Shown here: positions 39,414 through 49,099 of the stretch, piece by piece | How positions within the stretch are numbered: position 1 is the first letter of the stretch | Layout of the letters: each line of letters starts with the position of its first letter | From: Candidatus Calditenuaceae archaeon | GTDB lineage: Archaea > Thermoproteota > Nitrososphaeria_A > Caldarchaeales > Calditenuaceae | Direction: 5' to 3' | Assembly: GCA_025058055.1 (NCBI GenBank) | Contig: JANXEU010000007.1 | Coordinates: 379 to 64,378, forward strand | DNA length: 64,000 nt | The notes under the pieces: model-generated | Seen by the model: the letters and a program-made list of their open reading frames with translations, nothing else | Told to the model about the DNA's origin: nothing | Database searches by the model: none | Made by a program: the position numbers and the translations under genes

Positions 39414-40051
39414 AGAGGATTACCCCACTTATCCATGAACGCTATCTCGCTCAACGGCCTCCTTCTGGGTGGCCTCTCTCCGCCGGGGGACCCGATCTCG
39501 ATCAGGGCCTGTGGCTCCACGTCCTCAGGTACGTTCAGCACCCTTCTGACGGCCTCCGGTGCAAAAAGCGGCCCGCTCCTCCAACAGGCACCAAGCCCCA
39601 ACGCGTGCAGCGCAAGTAGGAGGTTCTGAATGAAGGCCGCGACCGATTGGACGGCCATCAAGTACTCGAACCTCCTCCTTCGCTCATCGGGATACACGTC
39701 CATGTCGTCCATGGTGAGACAGACTACCAACAGCGCCGAGGCCCTTAAAGTCCTCTTCACGGACTCCCTCACGATCGTCTCGATCCTCCACTCCGGGTGG
39801 CCGTCTGCTCTGAGGTCACTCCTCCAGACCATCGCCATCTCCTCGAGCAGTTTAACGATGAGGGGCCTGTCTTTCACTATCACCACCCTCCAAGGTTGCG
39901 CGTTGTGGGCGCTGGGTGCACAGGACGCGACCTCCAACGCAGCGACTATCAGCTCAGTCGGAACTTCAACCTCTCTGAGAAGCTTCGAGGATCTCCTCGA
40001 CTTGATCAGATCCAATAGCTTCAACTTCTCCGGGGAGATCTGCTGCACCAT
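39410..40051 (-). CDS. Nitroreductase, FbiB C-terminal-like (putative dehydro-F420-0 reductase)
   Basis: SRRS, APSAHNAQPW, WRSDLRADG, YPDERRRRFEYLM resemble the FbiB C-domain; 4-nt overlap with cofD. Confidence 0.8.
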   Translation of the reverse strand: MVQQISPEKLKLLDLIKSRRSSKLLREVEVPTELIVAALEVASCAPSAHNAQPWRVVIVKDRPLIVKLLEEMAMVWRSDLRADGHPEWRIETIVRESVKRTLRASALLVVCLTMDDMDVYPDERRRRFEYLMAVQSVAAFIQNLLLALHALGLGACWRSGPLFAPEAVRRVLNVPEDVEPQALIEIGSPGGERPPRRRPLSEIAFMDKWGNPL

Positions 40052-40088
40052 CACGAGTGCTTCCAAAGGGCCGGTGATATCCTTCGCT

Positions 40089-40730
40089 CTACAACGATCT
40101 CGCCACAAGCTCCGCTACTCGAAGGTCTTCAAGCGTGTTCACGTTGATCGCTAGGCGCGGTTCCTCCACCGTCACGAAGAAGGGATCCGAGAGCACCTCA
40201 CCGACCGGTACAGCTCCATACCTTATCATCCTGATACCTGTGGGGAAATAATGCTTGCCTTCATGGCTGAAACGTGTTACACTTCTGAGCGGAACTCCCA
40301 CCGACTTGGCGAGATGCTCGCTGACAACAACCACCACGTAGTTCCTGTCGGCCAAGTCGCCTGCGCTGTGACGCACCAGCAAACCATCGATCACCTGTGG
40401 AACGAGAAACGGGACGTCCGCGGAGAAGGTCACGTAGAGACCCGGCCCCAGCTTCTCGAGAGCCGCCTTGAGGTCTTCATAGTATCCGAGCCCTGCAGCC
40501 ACCAAGACGTCGTAGCCTACCTGCCGAAGGAAACTCGTCGTCTTGGGTGTGTTCGTGCTGGTGACGCATATTAGGCCCTTGAGCCCTCTCACTCCAATCA
40601 AACGGTCTAGAACGTGTTCGATCATCATCTTGCCAGCCAACTCCATCAGCGGCTTCTCGGTCGCGGTGCCCATCCTCGTCCCCTTGCCGCCGGCCATGAG
40701 AAGGCCAATGTGCGTCGGAGAGGGGTACAT
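40089..40730 (-). CDS. cobY: CobY-like nucleotidyltransferase (adenosylcobinamide-phosphate guanylyltransferase family)
   Basis: LMAGGKGTRMG..EKPL, TSTNTPKT, GYYEDL, SADVP, INVNTLEDL. Confidence 0.75.
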   Translation of the reverse strand: MYPSPTHIGLLMAGGKGTRMGTATEKPLMELAGKMMIEHVLDRLIGVRGLKGLICVTSTNTPKTTSFLRQVGYDVLVAAGLGYYEDLKAALEKLGPGLYVTFSADVPFLVPQVIDGLLVRHSAGDLADRNYVVVVVSEHLAKSVGVPLRSVTRFSHEGKHYFPTGIRMIRYGAVPVGEVLSDPFFVTVEEPRLAINVNTLEDLRVAELVARSL

Positions 40731-40843
40731 CGGCCGGCATGCCGGAGTTCTATCGGGTTTTAAACAGTGTCGATCGGGTGCACTCGCCTTCCCATTATAA
40801 ACATTTAAATGCGTAAAGGGGCGGGGCTTTAAATGGGCAGATC

Positions 40844-41425
40844 ATGGCGCAGGAGTATCCTGAACCAAAGATCGAGATCCAGAACGTCGTGGCCTCTGTG
40901 ACGCTGAACCAGAGACTGGACCTTCAGTCGATTCAGAACGCCTTTCCTCAAGTGGACTATAAGCCAGCCCAGTTCCCAGGTCTAGTGTTCAGGCTTGAGA
41001 GGCCGAAGACCGCGACGCTGATCTTCAGCAGCGGCAAGATGGTCTGCACAGGCGCGAAGAGCGAGGAGGAGTCTAAGAGGGCCGTGAAGAGGGTGGTGAG
41101 GCTGTTGAAGGAGAAGGGTTTCTTGGTGAGCGAGGACGCGATCATCGAGGTCCAGAACATCGTCGCCTCCATCGACCTCTTCGGTCGGATCAACCTCGAG
41201 AGGGCCGCGCAGGTCCTGGAGACCGTGATGTACGAGCCCGAGCAATTCCCAGGCCTCATCTACAGGATGTCTGAACCGAAGGTCGTGATCTTGATGTTCG
41301 CTAGCGGCAAGCTCGTCTGCACGGGCGCCAAGACAGAGGCCGAGGTCCACGAGGCGGTGATGAGGCTCTCGGAGGAGTTAAGAAGGAAGGGACTGATCAC
41401 ATACGTCACCCGCGTGAACAAGTAG
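40844..41425 (+). CDS. tbp: TATA-box-binding protein
   Basis: Two repeats of IQNVVAS...Y.P.QFPGL...F.SGK.VCTGAK. Confidence 0.98.
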   Translation: MAQEYPEPKIEIQNVVASVTLNQRLDLQSIQNAFPQVDYKPAQFPGLVFRLERPKTATLIFSSGKMVCTGAKSEEESKRAVKRVVRLLKEKGFLVSEDAIIEVQNIVASIDLFGRINLERAAQVLETVMYEPEQFPGLIYRMSEPKVVILMFASGKLVCTGAKTEAEVHEAVMRLSEELRRKGLITYVTRVNK

Positions 41426-41500
41426 TGTTATGTGTCCTGTTTAAATCCTGGGCATCACAAATTTAAGTGTGGAGTAGGCTTGATTAAGGTAAGGGCCCGG

Positions 41501-42115
41501 ATGCCGATCTACTGCCCTTGGGCCATGCTCCTGAGGTCTCTGGGTAATACCTGTGAACTCATCACTTGTGTACCTAGGGCCAAGTACCTCGGAGTGAACG
41601 CGTTAGTGAAGGTGAGGTCACCTGAGTTAGGAGCTGAAGAGTTGAGCGAGAGGGTCTCAACGGTGCAGGGTGTCGAGCGCGCCGTCTTTTACGACGCCCT
41701 TGAGGCAGGGAGTTACGTCGGAACTGTGATGACGAAAGTTTGTGCCTGCGCGCGATCCGGTGTACCGTTTAACAGGTTGCTAATGGCTAAGGAATCGGAA
41801 GGCGGTATCAGCTTTGAGTTTCTTTTTCAAGACCCCGACGAGTTCAGCGAATTCATCAAGGAGGCGGACGCCAGAGGGTACTCTGTGAACGTCGAGGAAG
41901 TTAGACCGGTTGAAAAAACATCAATTCAAACCCAACTCACTCGAACCCAGATGCAACTTCTCGCAGCGGCGCTACACATCGGTTTCTACGAGGTGCCCAA
42001 GAAGGCCGGAATGAGGGAGCTGGCACACCTCTTCGGCACTTCACCAAGAGCCGTCTCTGAAGTACTTAGGAGAGCTCACAAGAAGTTAGTTTCTTCAGCA
42101 TTAGCCTCAACCTAG
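41501..42115 (+). CDS. Bacterio-opsin activator-type HTH-10 transcriptional regulator
   Basis: C-terminal LTRTQ..L..A...GFYEVPK...ELA......SEVLRRA.KKL. Confidence 0.8.
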   Translation: MPIYCPWAMLLRSLGNTCELITCVPRAKYLGVNALVKVRSPELGAEELSERVSTVQGVERAVFYDALEAGSYVGTVMTKVCACARSGVPFNRLLMAKESEGGISFEFLFQDPDEFSEFIKEADARGYSVNVEEVRPVEKTSIQTQLTRTQMQLLAAALHIGFYEVPKKAGMRELAHLFGTSPRAVSEVLRRAHKKLVSSALAST

Positions 42116-42279
42116 AAATTCTGAGCGCAATTATGACAATAGAATTCGCTTAGTATACGTCTGCACCAGAGCGAATATGCCGGGTCAAAAACTAGCTTGG
42201 CAGCCAGCTCTCGCGGTCGCGCGTATCTGTTGATGTTCTTTAGGTTCAGCAGTAGTGTAATTGAATTAACTTTCAGGAC

Positions 42280-43086
42280 TTAGCGATTACCGGTATCAAC
42301 GGCAGGCCTCCAATTGATAATCTTCTGTTCTAATAGAGCAACAGTAGTGAACATTGAGAGTCCCAGACTTGCCATGACCAAGCATATGGCGGCCGATAGC
42401 GCAACGTCAACATAGTAAATGCTCGCCAGTAACAGGTAACCTAGACCACCAGTAGAGCCTGCCATTTCGCCGACGACTGAGCCTACCACGGATAGGACCG
42501 ACGCGATCTTGAGTGCTGCGAAGACGTTCGGAAGTGCTGCCCTCAGTCTGACCTCGGTGAAGACCTTTCGCTCGTCGGCGCCTAAGGACTTCAAGAGGTC
42601 GGTTAACTCCTGATCGACGTATTTCAACCCCGAGACGGTCCCAACAGTTACTGGGAAATAAGAGACTAGCGCTGCCATGATGATCTTCGCCCAAACGTCG
42701 TAACCGAGCCAGAAGGTCAGAAGGGGAGCCATCGCGACTAGCGGGACAGCCTTGCTCGTGACGACGATGGGGTAGAGAATTCTCTCTAAGAATCTCGAGT
42801 AATACATCATTACTCCGATCCCGAAGCCTACTCCGGCACCTATCGCAAACCCAGCAACGGACTCGAAGGCAGTCATGCTGAAATGTCTTAAGAGGAACGA
42901 GGGCCCAGTATTGCGGATTGAGGCTGCCAAGTCTGAGACCGCGGGGAGTATCACCCTAGGGATGCTGTTGGTACGCGCGAACAGCTCGACAGCTAGCGTT
43001 AACAGACCTAGAAGCGCAACCGACGGCCACCACTCTTTCATCGTCGTCAAAGTCCCGCTGATCAAACTCCCCTTTGTCCGGGTCAA
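42280..43086 (-). CDS. NitT/TauT-family ABC permease
   Basis: Multi-TM; P.VA.APL, LP..FA.LK, GSVVGEM..GGLG. Confidence 0.9.
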   Translation of the reverse strand: MTRTKGSLISGTLTTMKEWWPSVALLGLLTLAVELFARTNSIPRVILPAVSDLAASIRNTGPSFLLRHFSMTAFESVAGFAIGAGVGFGIGVMMYYSRFLERILYPIVVTSKAVPLVAMAPLLTFWLGYDVWAKIIMAALVSYFPVTVGTVSGLKYVDQELTDLLKSLGADERKVFTEVRLRAALPNVFAALKIASVLSVVGSVVGEMAGSTGGLGYLLLASIYYVDVALSAAICLVMASLGLSMFTTVALLEQKIINWRPAVDTGNR

Positions 43087-43868
43087 CTCGCCATCATCAA
43101 CCTCGGAATCCTGAGAGCCTTCCGAACGCTGATGACGTGTTCGTAGTACCGCTCGCTCTCAAGTAATCTAGGATCGCGAGCCGGACCCAAATCCACGCGA
43201 ACCTCGGTCACCTTTTGCCCGGGTCTCGCTGAAAGAACGACCACTCGATCAGAGAACAGAACCGCTTCGTACACGTTGTGAGTTATTAAAAGCGCCGTTA
43301 TGTGGGTCGGTTCACATAGCCTCAGCATGTCGAAGTTCAACATCTCTCGGTTCATCTCGTCGAGGGCTGCAAAAGGCTCGTCTAGAAGTAGAACTCTTGG
43401 AGACTGTATCATCGCTCGAGCTAAAGCGCAACGTTGTTGCATCCCAATCGAGAGCTCGTTGGGGTAACTGTGCTCGAAGCCTCCCAGCCCTATCGCTCTG
43501 AGTAAATTTACCGCTTTTCGCTTGACGCGGTCGTCGGTCCTGCCCCTGATCCGGAGAGGAAGCAGAACGTTCTCCAACACGCTCCTCCACGGCAAGAGAG
43601 TCGGTTTCTGAAAGACGACACCTATCTCTCCACGTCTTCTGGGAAGATCTGGCTCCTCTCCGTCTATCAACACTCTACCGCTAGTAGGCTTCAAGAGGCC
43701 TGCAGCGACTTTGAGCAGCGTGGTCTTCCCACAGCCCGAGGGCCCCAGCAACGCAACTTTCTCGCCTGCTTCAACGTGGATGGAAATGGGGCCGAGCGCG
43801 TCAACGAAGTTCCCGTTCTTCGATCTATAACGTACTGTCAGCTCGTCCACCGATATTTCTGCACCCAT
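43083..43868 (-). CDS. NitT/TauT-family ABC ATP-binding protein
   Basis: GPSGCGKTT, LLPWRSV, LSIGMQQR, LLLDEPFAALD. Confidence 0.93.
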   Translation of the reverse strand: MGAEISVDELTVRYRSKNGNFVDALGPISIHVEAGEKVALLGPSGCGKTTLLKVAAGLLKPTSGRVLIDGEEPDLPRRRGEIGVVFQKPTLLPWRSVLENVLLPLRIRGRTDDRVKRKAVNLLRAIGLGGFEHSYPNELSIGMQQRCALARAMIQSPRVLLLDEPFAALDEMNREMLNFDMLRLCEPTHITALLITHNVYEAVLFSDRVVVLSARPGQKVTEVRVDLGPARDPRLLESERYYEHVISVRKALRIPRLMMAS

Positions 43869-43872
43869 TTGC

Positions 43873-45258
43873 TCAGACCCCCAGCTTTCCTGGGTTCATG
43901 ATGCCGTTGGGGTCCACCCTTCGCTTGAAGTCCATCATGGCCTGCAGTTTCTCTGGAAAGAGGGCACCCAGCCTATCGTTTACGAGGTGCGAATGCAAGT
44001 CAAACTTGTAGCCGACTCCAGCGAACCTCTTCCTCAACGCCGCAAGCGTTTCGGCATCACCTTCCACAAAGAGCCCGAAGTGCGCGTACGGAGCACCTCT
44101 TATCCAGAAGAGGTTCACTTCGATTAAGGGGGCCCACTCCTCGTGCGCGGAGACCTCTTCAACAACGTCCCAAACTCTGTTATGGTGATGATAAAAGACT
44201 AAGTAAAGTAAATGTCTGTGAGGATCTCGTTCTTTTATGTGCCTGATTATGTATGGTGTCTGTGGAAGGCCGAACACCCCTGATAGTATTCTGTCGATGG
44301 AGACCCGATCCGTCACCTTAACACGGTCGATGCTTCCGCTACAACGTTCCACGTAACTCTTGAAGGTCGCAGCTAAGTGCCTATTTGTCGGGTAGGCGGC
44401 CATAACGTACCACCCCTCTCTAGCCCTGCTTGATCTGGTGAGGTCTTCCATCAACCTGCCATAACCCGAGTTTCTCACCGTTAGGTGCCAGAACTGAACT
44501 CTGTCTCGAATTAAGAGGTCAATGAACTCTGCCACTGAGCTCAGTTCACGAAAGTAACCCTCTGCGAGGACGTGATCCCATAAAGGTCGTAGCATCAGAC
44601 CCACCTCTACGACCACACCAACGGTTCCCATGCTGTGCGTGACTGTCTCGACTTCGTCCGACTGAAGTTCCAGCACCTCGCCCTTAGGTGTAACCAGCCT
44701 CAAGGAGGATACGTTGTCCCAGATAAGTCCGTACTCATATGACCCGATACCTCTACTGCCACCCACAACGAATCCACCGACTGTGGCCAGAGGATAGCTG
44801 GTGGGGTAGACTCTGAGGTCTAGGCCCCTAGCACGAACGTGCTGCATTAGCGTTCCAAACCTACATCCGCCCTCCACCCGAACCGTCGAATCATCGATCC
44901 TTCCAACTCCGTTCATCAATCTCATGTCCATCAGTATCCCTCCTCTGATAGGAAGGACGCCTCCCACGTTGTTGCCTGTCCCCCCGCCTTTCGGTACGAC
45001 CGGGATGCCGTGTGAGTCGGCAAAGCTCAACAACCATATCACTTCCTCCAAGCATCGAGGAAAAACCACCACGTCTGCTACGGCAGAGCCGATGAGCTCA
45101 GAAAAAGCCGGAGATATCCAGGCCCATTCGGTTGAGAGTTTCCTCCTGACCCACTCTTCTCGGTAGGTCCGACCCCTGAACTTCTTCTCGATTTCGCTCA
45201 AAAGGTCTTCATCCACAACAACCCTCTCGTGCCCCTCACAGCTATTTGGCAGAGACAT
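43873..45258 (-). CDS. FAD-binding oxidoreductase (PCMH/GlcD-like)
   Basis: PKGGGTG, ATVGGF..GG..GS, GTVGVV, VDPNGIMNPGK. Confidence 0.85.
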   Translation of the reverse strand: MSLPNSCEGHERVVVDEDLLSEIEKKFRGRTYREEWVRRKLSTEWAWISPAFSELIGSAVADVVVFPRCLEEVIWLLSFADSHGIPVVPKGGGTGNNVGGVLPIRGGILMDMRLMNGVGRIDDSTVRVEGGCRFGTLMQHVRARGLDLRVYPTSYPLATVGGFVVGGSRGIGSYEYGLIWDNVSSLRLVTPKGEVLELQSDEVETVTHSMGTVGVVVEVGLMLRPLWDHVLAEGYFRELSSVAEFIDLLIRDRVQFWHLTVRNSGYGRLMEDLTRSSRAREGWYVMAAYPTNRHLAATFKSYVERCSGSIDRVKVTDRVSIDRILSGVFGLPQTPYIIRHIKERDPHRHLLYLVFYHHHNRVWDVVEEVSAHEEWAPLIEVNLFWIRGAPYAHFGLFVEGDAETLAALRKRFAGVGYKFDLHSHLVNDRLGALFPEKLQAMMDFKRRVDPNGIMNPGKLGV

Positions 45259-46246
45259 CCATTACGACCTCCTCGGCCCTCACCTCTCTGGACAGCTTGC
45301 CGCCCTCAACTAAGAGCCTGCTAAGACCGATCAGAGGTTCGCGCTCGATCACTCCCACTTTAGCAGGATCCCTCGCGCCCATTAGCTCAAGCCCTATCGA
45401 GAACCTCTCAAGGAGAACATCGCGGTCTGTAGGAGGGTTGTAATCGCGGTAACTCATCGCTATGTCCACGGCCTGCTCTCTATTCGAGTAGGCCCAAGCT
45501 ATCCCCTTTCTAACCGCGTTCAGGAAACGCCTTACGACGTCGGCGTTCGCGTTCAGGTATTCCTCGTTGCCGAAGATGACCAGCGAAGGAAAGTTGAGCC
45601 CCAGATCACCGAAACGAATGAACTCCACGTCTATCCCCACTTTCCTGAACGAGGCCAGATCGGTGACCCAACCGACGGCCGCGTCGACTCTTCCTGACGC
45701 CAGAGGAGTTACCACATCGAAACCGATGTTCACTTTGTTCACCGAATCTGTCCTCAGCCCTTCCCTTTTGAGCAGCAAGTCGAACTGCAGGTCCTGTGTC
45801 GACCCAATCAGGGCTCCGACGGTCTTTCCTTGAAGGTCTGCCACAGATCGCGCTCTCGATGCCTTCAGCACGAATATTCCAGCGGGGTTCTCCTTGAAGA
45901 CCTGAAAGACGACCTTGAGCTTAGCCCCTTTGTCTATGGCTGAGAGGACCACGTCCAAAGTCGCGAGGCCGAGGTCGGCCTTCCCGGATGTGACCAGCTC
46001 AACGGCGTACGGGCTGTTCTTTCCGGGTACGATCTCTAACGCGATGCCTTCGTCCCTGAAGAAGCCTCTGCTCAACGCCGCGAAGTAGGGTACGTGGTGC
46101 CCGTCGAGAGCCCCGTAGTTGAGGACGAACCTGACGTGCCTCATTTCAGCAGGTTTGCCGTCTGACGACGGGTTGGAGAGGAACGCTGCCGTCGCGACGA
46201 TCGCGACCGCCATCAAAGCTAGCAGTAAGACTATTTTGGACCTCAC
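45242..46246 (-). CDS. NMT1/THI5-like ABC substrate-binding protein
   Basis: Signal/anchor peptide; H.PYFAA..RGFF..EG, DLQGKTVG. Confidence 0.88.
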   Translation of the reverse strand: MRSKIVLLLALMAVAIVATAAFLSNPSSDGKPAEMRHVRFVLNYGALDGHHVPYFAALSRGFFRDEGIALEIVPGKNSPYAVELVTSGKADLGLATLDVVLSAIDKGAKLKVVFQVFKENPAGIFVLKASRARSVADLQGKTVGALIGSTQDLQFDLLLKREGLRTDSVNKVNIGFDVVTPLASGRVDAAVGWVTDLASFRKVGIDVEFIRFGDLGLNFPSLVIFGNEEYLNANADVVRRFLNAVRKGIAWAYSNREQAVDIAMSYRDYNPPTDRDVLLERFSIGLELMGARDPAKVGVIEREPLIGLSRLLVEGGKLSREVRAEEVVMDVSAK

Positions 46247-46625
46247 GGCCGCCCTCGATTTCCTCCTCTAGTTAAATTCGTCGCGGGTTTATTGTTGAAA
46301 ATTTATGCGGAATTATCATAATCACAGCAAATTGTGAGTGCGCGTACGACGCAAGACCAGATTCGACCGGCGTAGCGATCCTCGAAGGAGAGGCTTGGCT
46401 CAGGCGAAGTGGCCGGTGTGTGCCTGGATCCCGAAGTCCGACCGGGCATATTTTCTCACCTGTGGGCCAACGCCAGTAGAAGTAGCCCGCCATTTGAGTA
46501 GACGAAGATCAACATAAATCGGTCTTGTCTCAGAACGCCGCAGTCTCTCAGTTATTTGAGCGTGCCCTTAATTTATAAAGAAATAGGTATTTTATCAGGT
46601 AACATCGAACCGAATTGACGACCTG

Positions 46626-48542
46626 TTGGTGGCTAAACAGAGGACGATGAGGGACGTTCCCTGGGGGACGGGCCCGGTGCCTCTGGAGGAGAGGGAAGAA
46701 CGCGACTGGTGGAGGAAGCTCTTCAACGACGTGTATCTGCTAACAGACGGCGATGTCGTCTGCAACAGGCGGCTGACCGAGTACGAGGTCGATATCGTAA
46801 TCGATCTCCTCGATTTGGACAAGGATGACCCGCTGCTGGATCTCTGCTGTGGAAACGGTAGACACTCCCTCGAGCTTGCGAGGCGGGGCTTCAGGAAGGT
46901 TTACGGGCTTGACTACTCGCAAACCCTCCTAAACGTCGCGAGGGACTCTGCACTCAGCGAGGGCCTTCTCGTCGACTTCCGGCAAGGAGACGCGAGGCGC
47001 CTGCCTTACGAGGACAACGCTTTCAACGCCGTCATAATGATGGGAAACAGCTTCGGTTACTTCAGGGATGAGGCTGACAACATTAGAGTGCTGAGGGAGG
47101 TTCACCGAGTCCTACGACCCTACGGCAGGCTGCTGATGGACTTGACTGACGCAGAGTGCTTCCGAAATACTTTCGAACCTGTAAGAGCTGAGGTTCACGA
47201 CCACACGCTCGTCGTTAGGTTGAGGGAGCTCTCGAGGGACCGTAGTAGGTTCTTCACACGAGAGATCGTCATCTCGGGTGATGCGATCGTAGCGGATCAG
47301 GTCTACGGCATCAGGCTTTACACGTTCGACGAGCTGAAGCGACTCTTGAGAGAGGCGGGATTCGTGAACGTCGCTCTTAGGACCAAACTCACCTACAATC
47401 CAGTCGATAAGGACCCCGGAATGATGGGCTCGAGGATGGTCGTTACAGCTCTGGCATCTAAAGAACCGAAGAACACAGGGAACAAACCGCTGATAGTGGT
47501 CCTTCTGGGCGATCCGAGAAGGCCGCATCCCGTTAAACCGGGATTCAGGTTCGACGAGGACGACGTTCACGCGGTAAACGAACTCAGGTCTGCTCTGCAC
47601 GGCATCGGAGACTACACGTACGCGTTCCTGGACGACCACTCAAAGATGCTACACTTCTTGATGGAGAAGAGGAACTCGATTCACATGGTCCTTAACCTCT
47701 GCGACGACGGCTTCTTCAACGATCCCTACAAGGAGGGACACGTGGCTGCGGTTCTGGACGTATTAGACGTGAGGTACACCGGAGCCGGACCCGCATGTCT
47801 CAGCATTTGCTACGACAAGTCCGCGGTGAAGGCCGTTGCCCGATCGATGGGCATTCCCGTTCCATATCACTTGGTGGTCAACAGCGTTAGGGAACTGCGT
47901 TCCGTGTCGACCCGACTTCTGCCGGCAGTAGTGAAGCCGAACTACGGGGACAACAGCTGGGGCATAACCAGTGAGAGCCTCGTTAAGACCACGGAAGAGC
48001 TCGTGAACGCCTTCAGGTCCCTCCGAGAGGAGTGGAAATACTCGGGCCCAGTGATCGTTGAGAAGTTCATAGAAGGTGACGACCTGACGGTCTCGATGAT
48101 CGGAAACCCACCGAACCTAATCTTCTTACCGGTCCTCAAGGAGGATTACTCCCAACTCCCCGCCGGGCTACCGCGAATTTTGACGTACGACGCGAAGTGG
48201 AACCCCAACTCTCCCTACTGGCGAGTCAATTCCGTTCCGGCACACCTGGACGACGGCCTCCGGGCTAAGCTACTCAAGTGGAGCGAGAAGCTCTTCGTGA
48301 GGTTGGGATGCAGAGACTACGCGCGGTTTGACTGGAGGCTTGGTAGCGACGGAGTTCCGAGGTTGCTCGAGGCCAACCCTAACCCCGGTTGGGTGTGGGA
48401 CGGCCACCTCCGCAAGGCTTGCAAGCACGCTGGGTGGACCTATGAGAGGATGTTCAAAGAGATCATCAGAGCTGCGGAGAAGAGATACGCGTTAAAGAAC
48501 CAAAACGGCAACGAGTTCAAGCATCTGTACCCCTCAACTTGA
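46626..48542 (+). CDS. Class I SAM methyltransferase fused to D-Ala-D-Ala ligase-like ATP-grasp domain
   Basis: N-domain LDLCCGNGRH, GDAR, NSFGY; C-domain VLNLCD, YTGAG..CYDK, VKPN..S.GI, VEKFIEG, TYDAKW, RDYARFD.R, LEANPNP. Confidence 0.88.
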   Translation: MVAKQRTMRDVPWGTGPVPLEEREERDWWRKLFNDVYLLTDGDVVCNRRLTEYEVDIVIDLLDLDKDDPLLDLCCGNGRHSLELARRGFRKVYGLDYSQTLLNVARDSALSEGLLVDFRQGDARRLPYEDNAFNAVIMMGNSFGYFRDEADNIRVLREVHRVLRPYGRLLMDLTDAECFRNTFEPVRAEVHDHTLVVRLRELSRDRSRFFTREIVISGDAIVADQVYGIRLYTFDELKRLLREAGFVNVALRTKLTYNPVDKDPGMMGSRMVVTALASKEPKNTGNKPLIVVLLGDPRRPHPVKPGFRFDEDDVHAVNELRSALHGIGDYTYAFLDDHSKMLHFLMEKRNSIHMVLNLCDDGFFNDPYKEGHVAAVLDVLDVRYTGAGPACLSICYDKSAVKAVARSMGIPVPYHLVVNSVRELRSVSTRLLPAVVKPNYGDNSWGITSESLVKTTEELVNAFRSLREEWKYSGPVIVEKFIEGDDLTVSMIGNPPNLIFLPVLKEDYSQLPAGLPRILTYDAKWNPNSPYWRVNSVPAHLDDGLRAKLLKWSEKLFVRLGCRDYARFDWRLGSDGVPRLLEANPNPGWVWDGHLRKACKHAGWTYERMFKEIIRAAEKRYALKNQNGNEFKHLYPST

Positions 48543-48990
48543 CGAGCTTCGTCTTCCCATAGGGCTTCGTTGTGACGACGCCGCGTCTCTCTAGCTGCTT
48601 GATGACTCTGTGTGCCTTGACCCGTGAAATGCCAAGCCTTCTGGCGATCTCCTTCTGCGTCATCGGACCGGTACTCGACAGAAGATCGACGACCCTACTC
48701 TCCTCGTCCAGAAGACCGACTAGTTTCGTGGCTTGCGTGGGAGCCGCCAGCACGAATGCGAGTGTGACTCCGAGACCTACCGCGCCTATGACCACTAAAA
48801 TTCCGAGAACAGGGCCGAACGACATCACTTGATGACACATGGGACAATGCACCGTCATTGGAGGAAACGGTTGAACCGAGAGTACTGCCGCGACGGGAAG
48901 GATCAAGGCTACGGTAGAGATCACGAGGAGGGTCAGCAGAGCTCTGTTCACGAATAAACTTAGACGCCTCCTTATGATAACCGTTTTCAA
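48517..48990 (-). CDS. Membrane-anchored winged-helix transcriptional regulator
   Basis: Two hydrophobic helices, then TQKEIARRLGISRVKAHRVIKQLERRG...GKTKLV. Confidence 0.8.
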   Translation of the reverse strand: MKTVIIRRRLSLFVNRALLTLLVISTVALILPVAAVLSVQPFPPMTVHCPMCHQVMSFGPVLGILVVIGAVGLGVTLAFVLAAPTQATKLVGLLDEESRVVDLLSSTGPMTQKEIARRLGISRVKAHRVIKQLERRGVVTTKPYGKTKLVKLRGTDA

Positions 48991-49099
48991 TTCGGTGGGC
49001 TGGGAGACACGAAATCTAACTCATTGAGCCTGAGATTGAGATCTCTGAGTGTTGCGGGGAGCACCGATCTCCACACCTCGAGATGAACGAGTGCGGGGC

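Noticed and set aside
39410-40051. BluB (DMB synthase), suggested by the cobY neighbour
   Set aside because: The WRSDL..DG and YPD.RR..E motifs and the coupling to cofD fit the FbiB C-domain better; not fully excluded.
46247-46625. TPP riboswitch upstream of the NMT1/THI5-like gene
   Set aside because: CTGAGA occurs, but the ACCTGA...TAAT...GCG..GG core and the P1-P5 pairing were not found.
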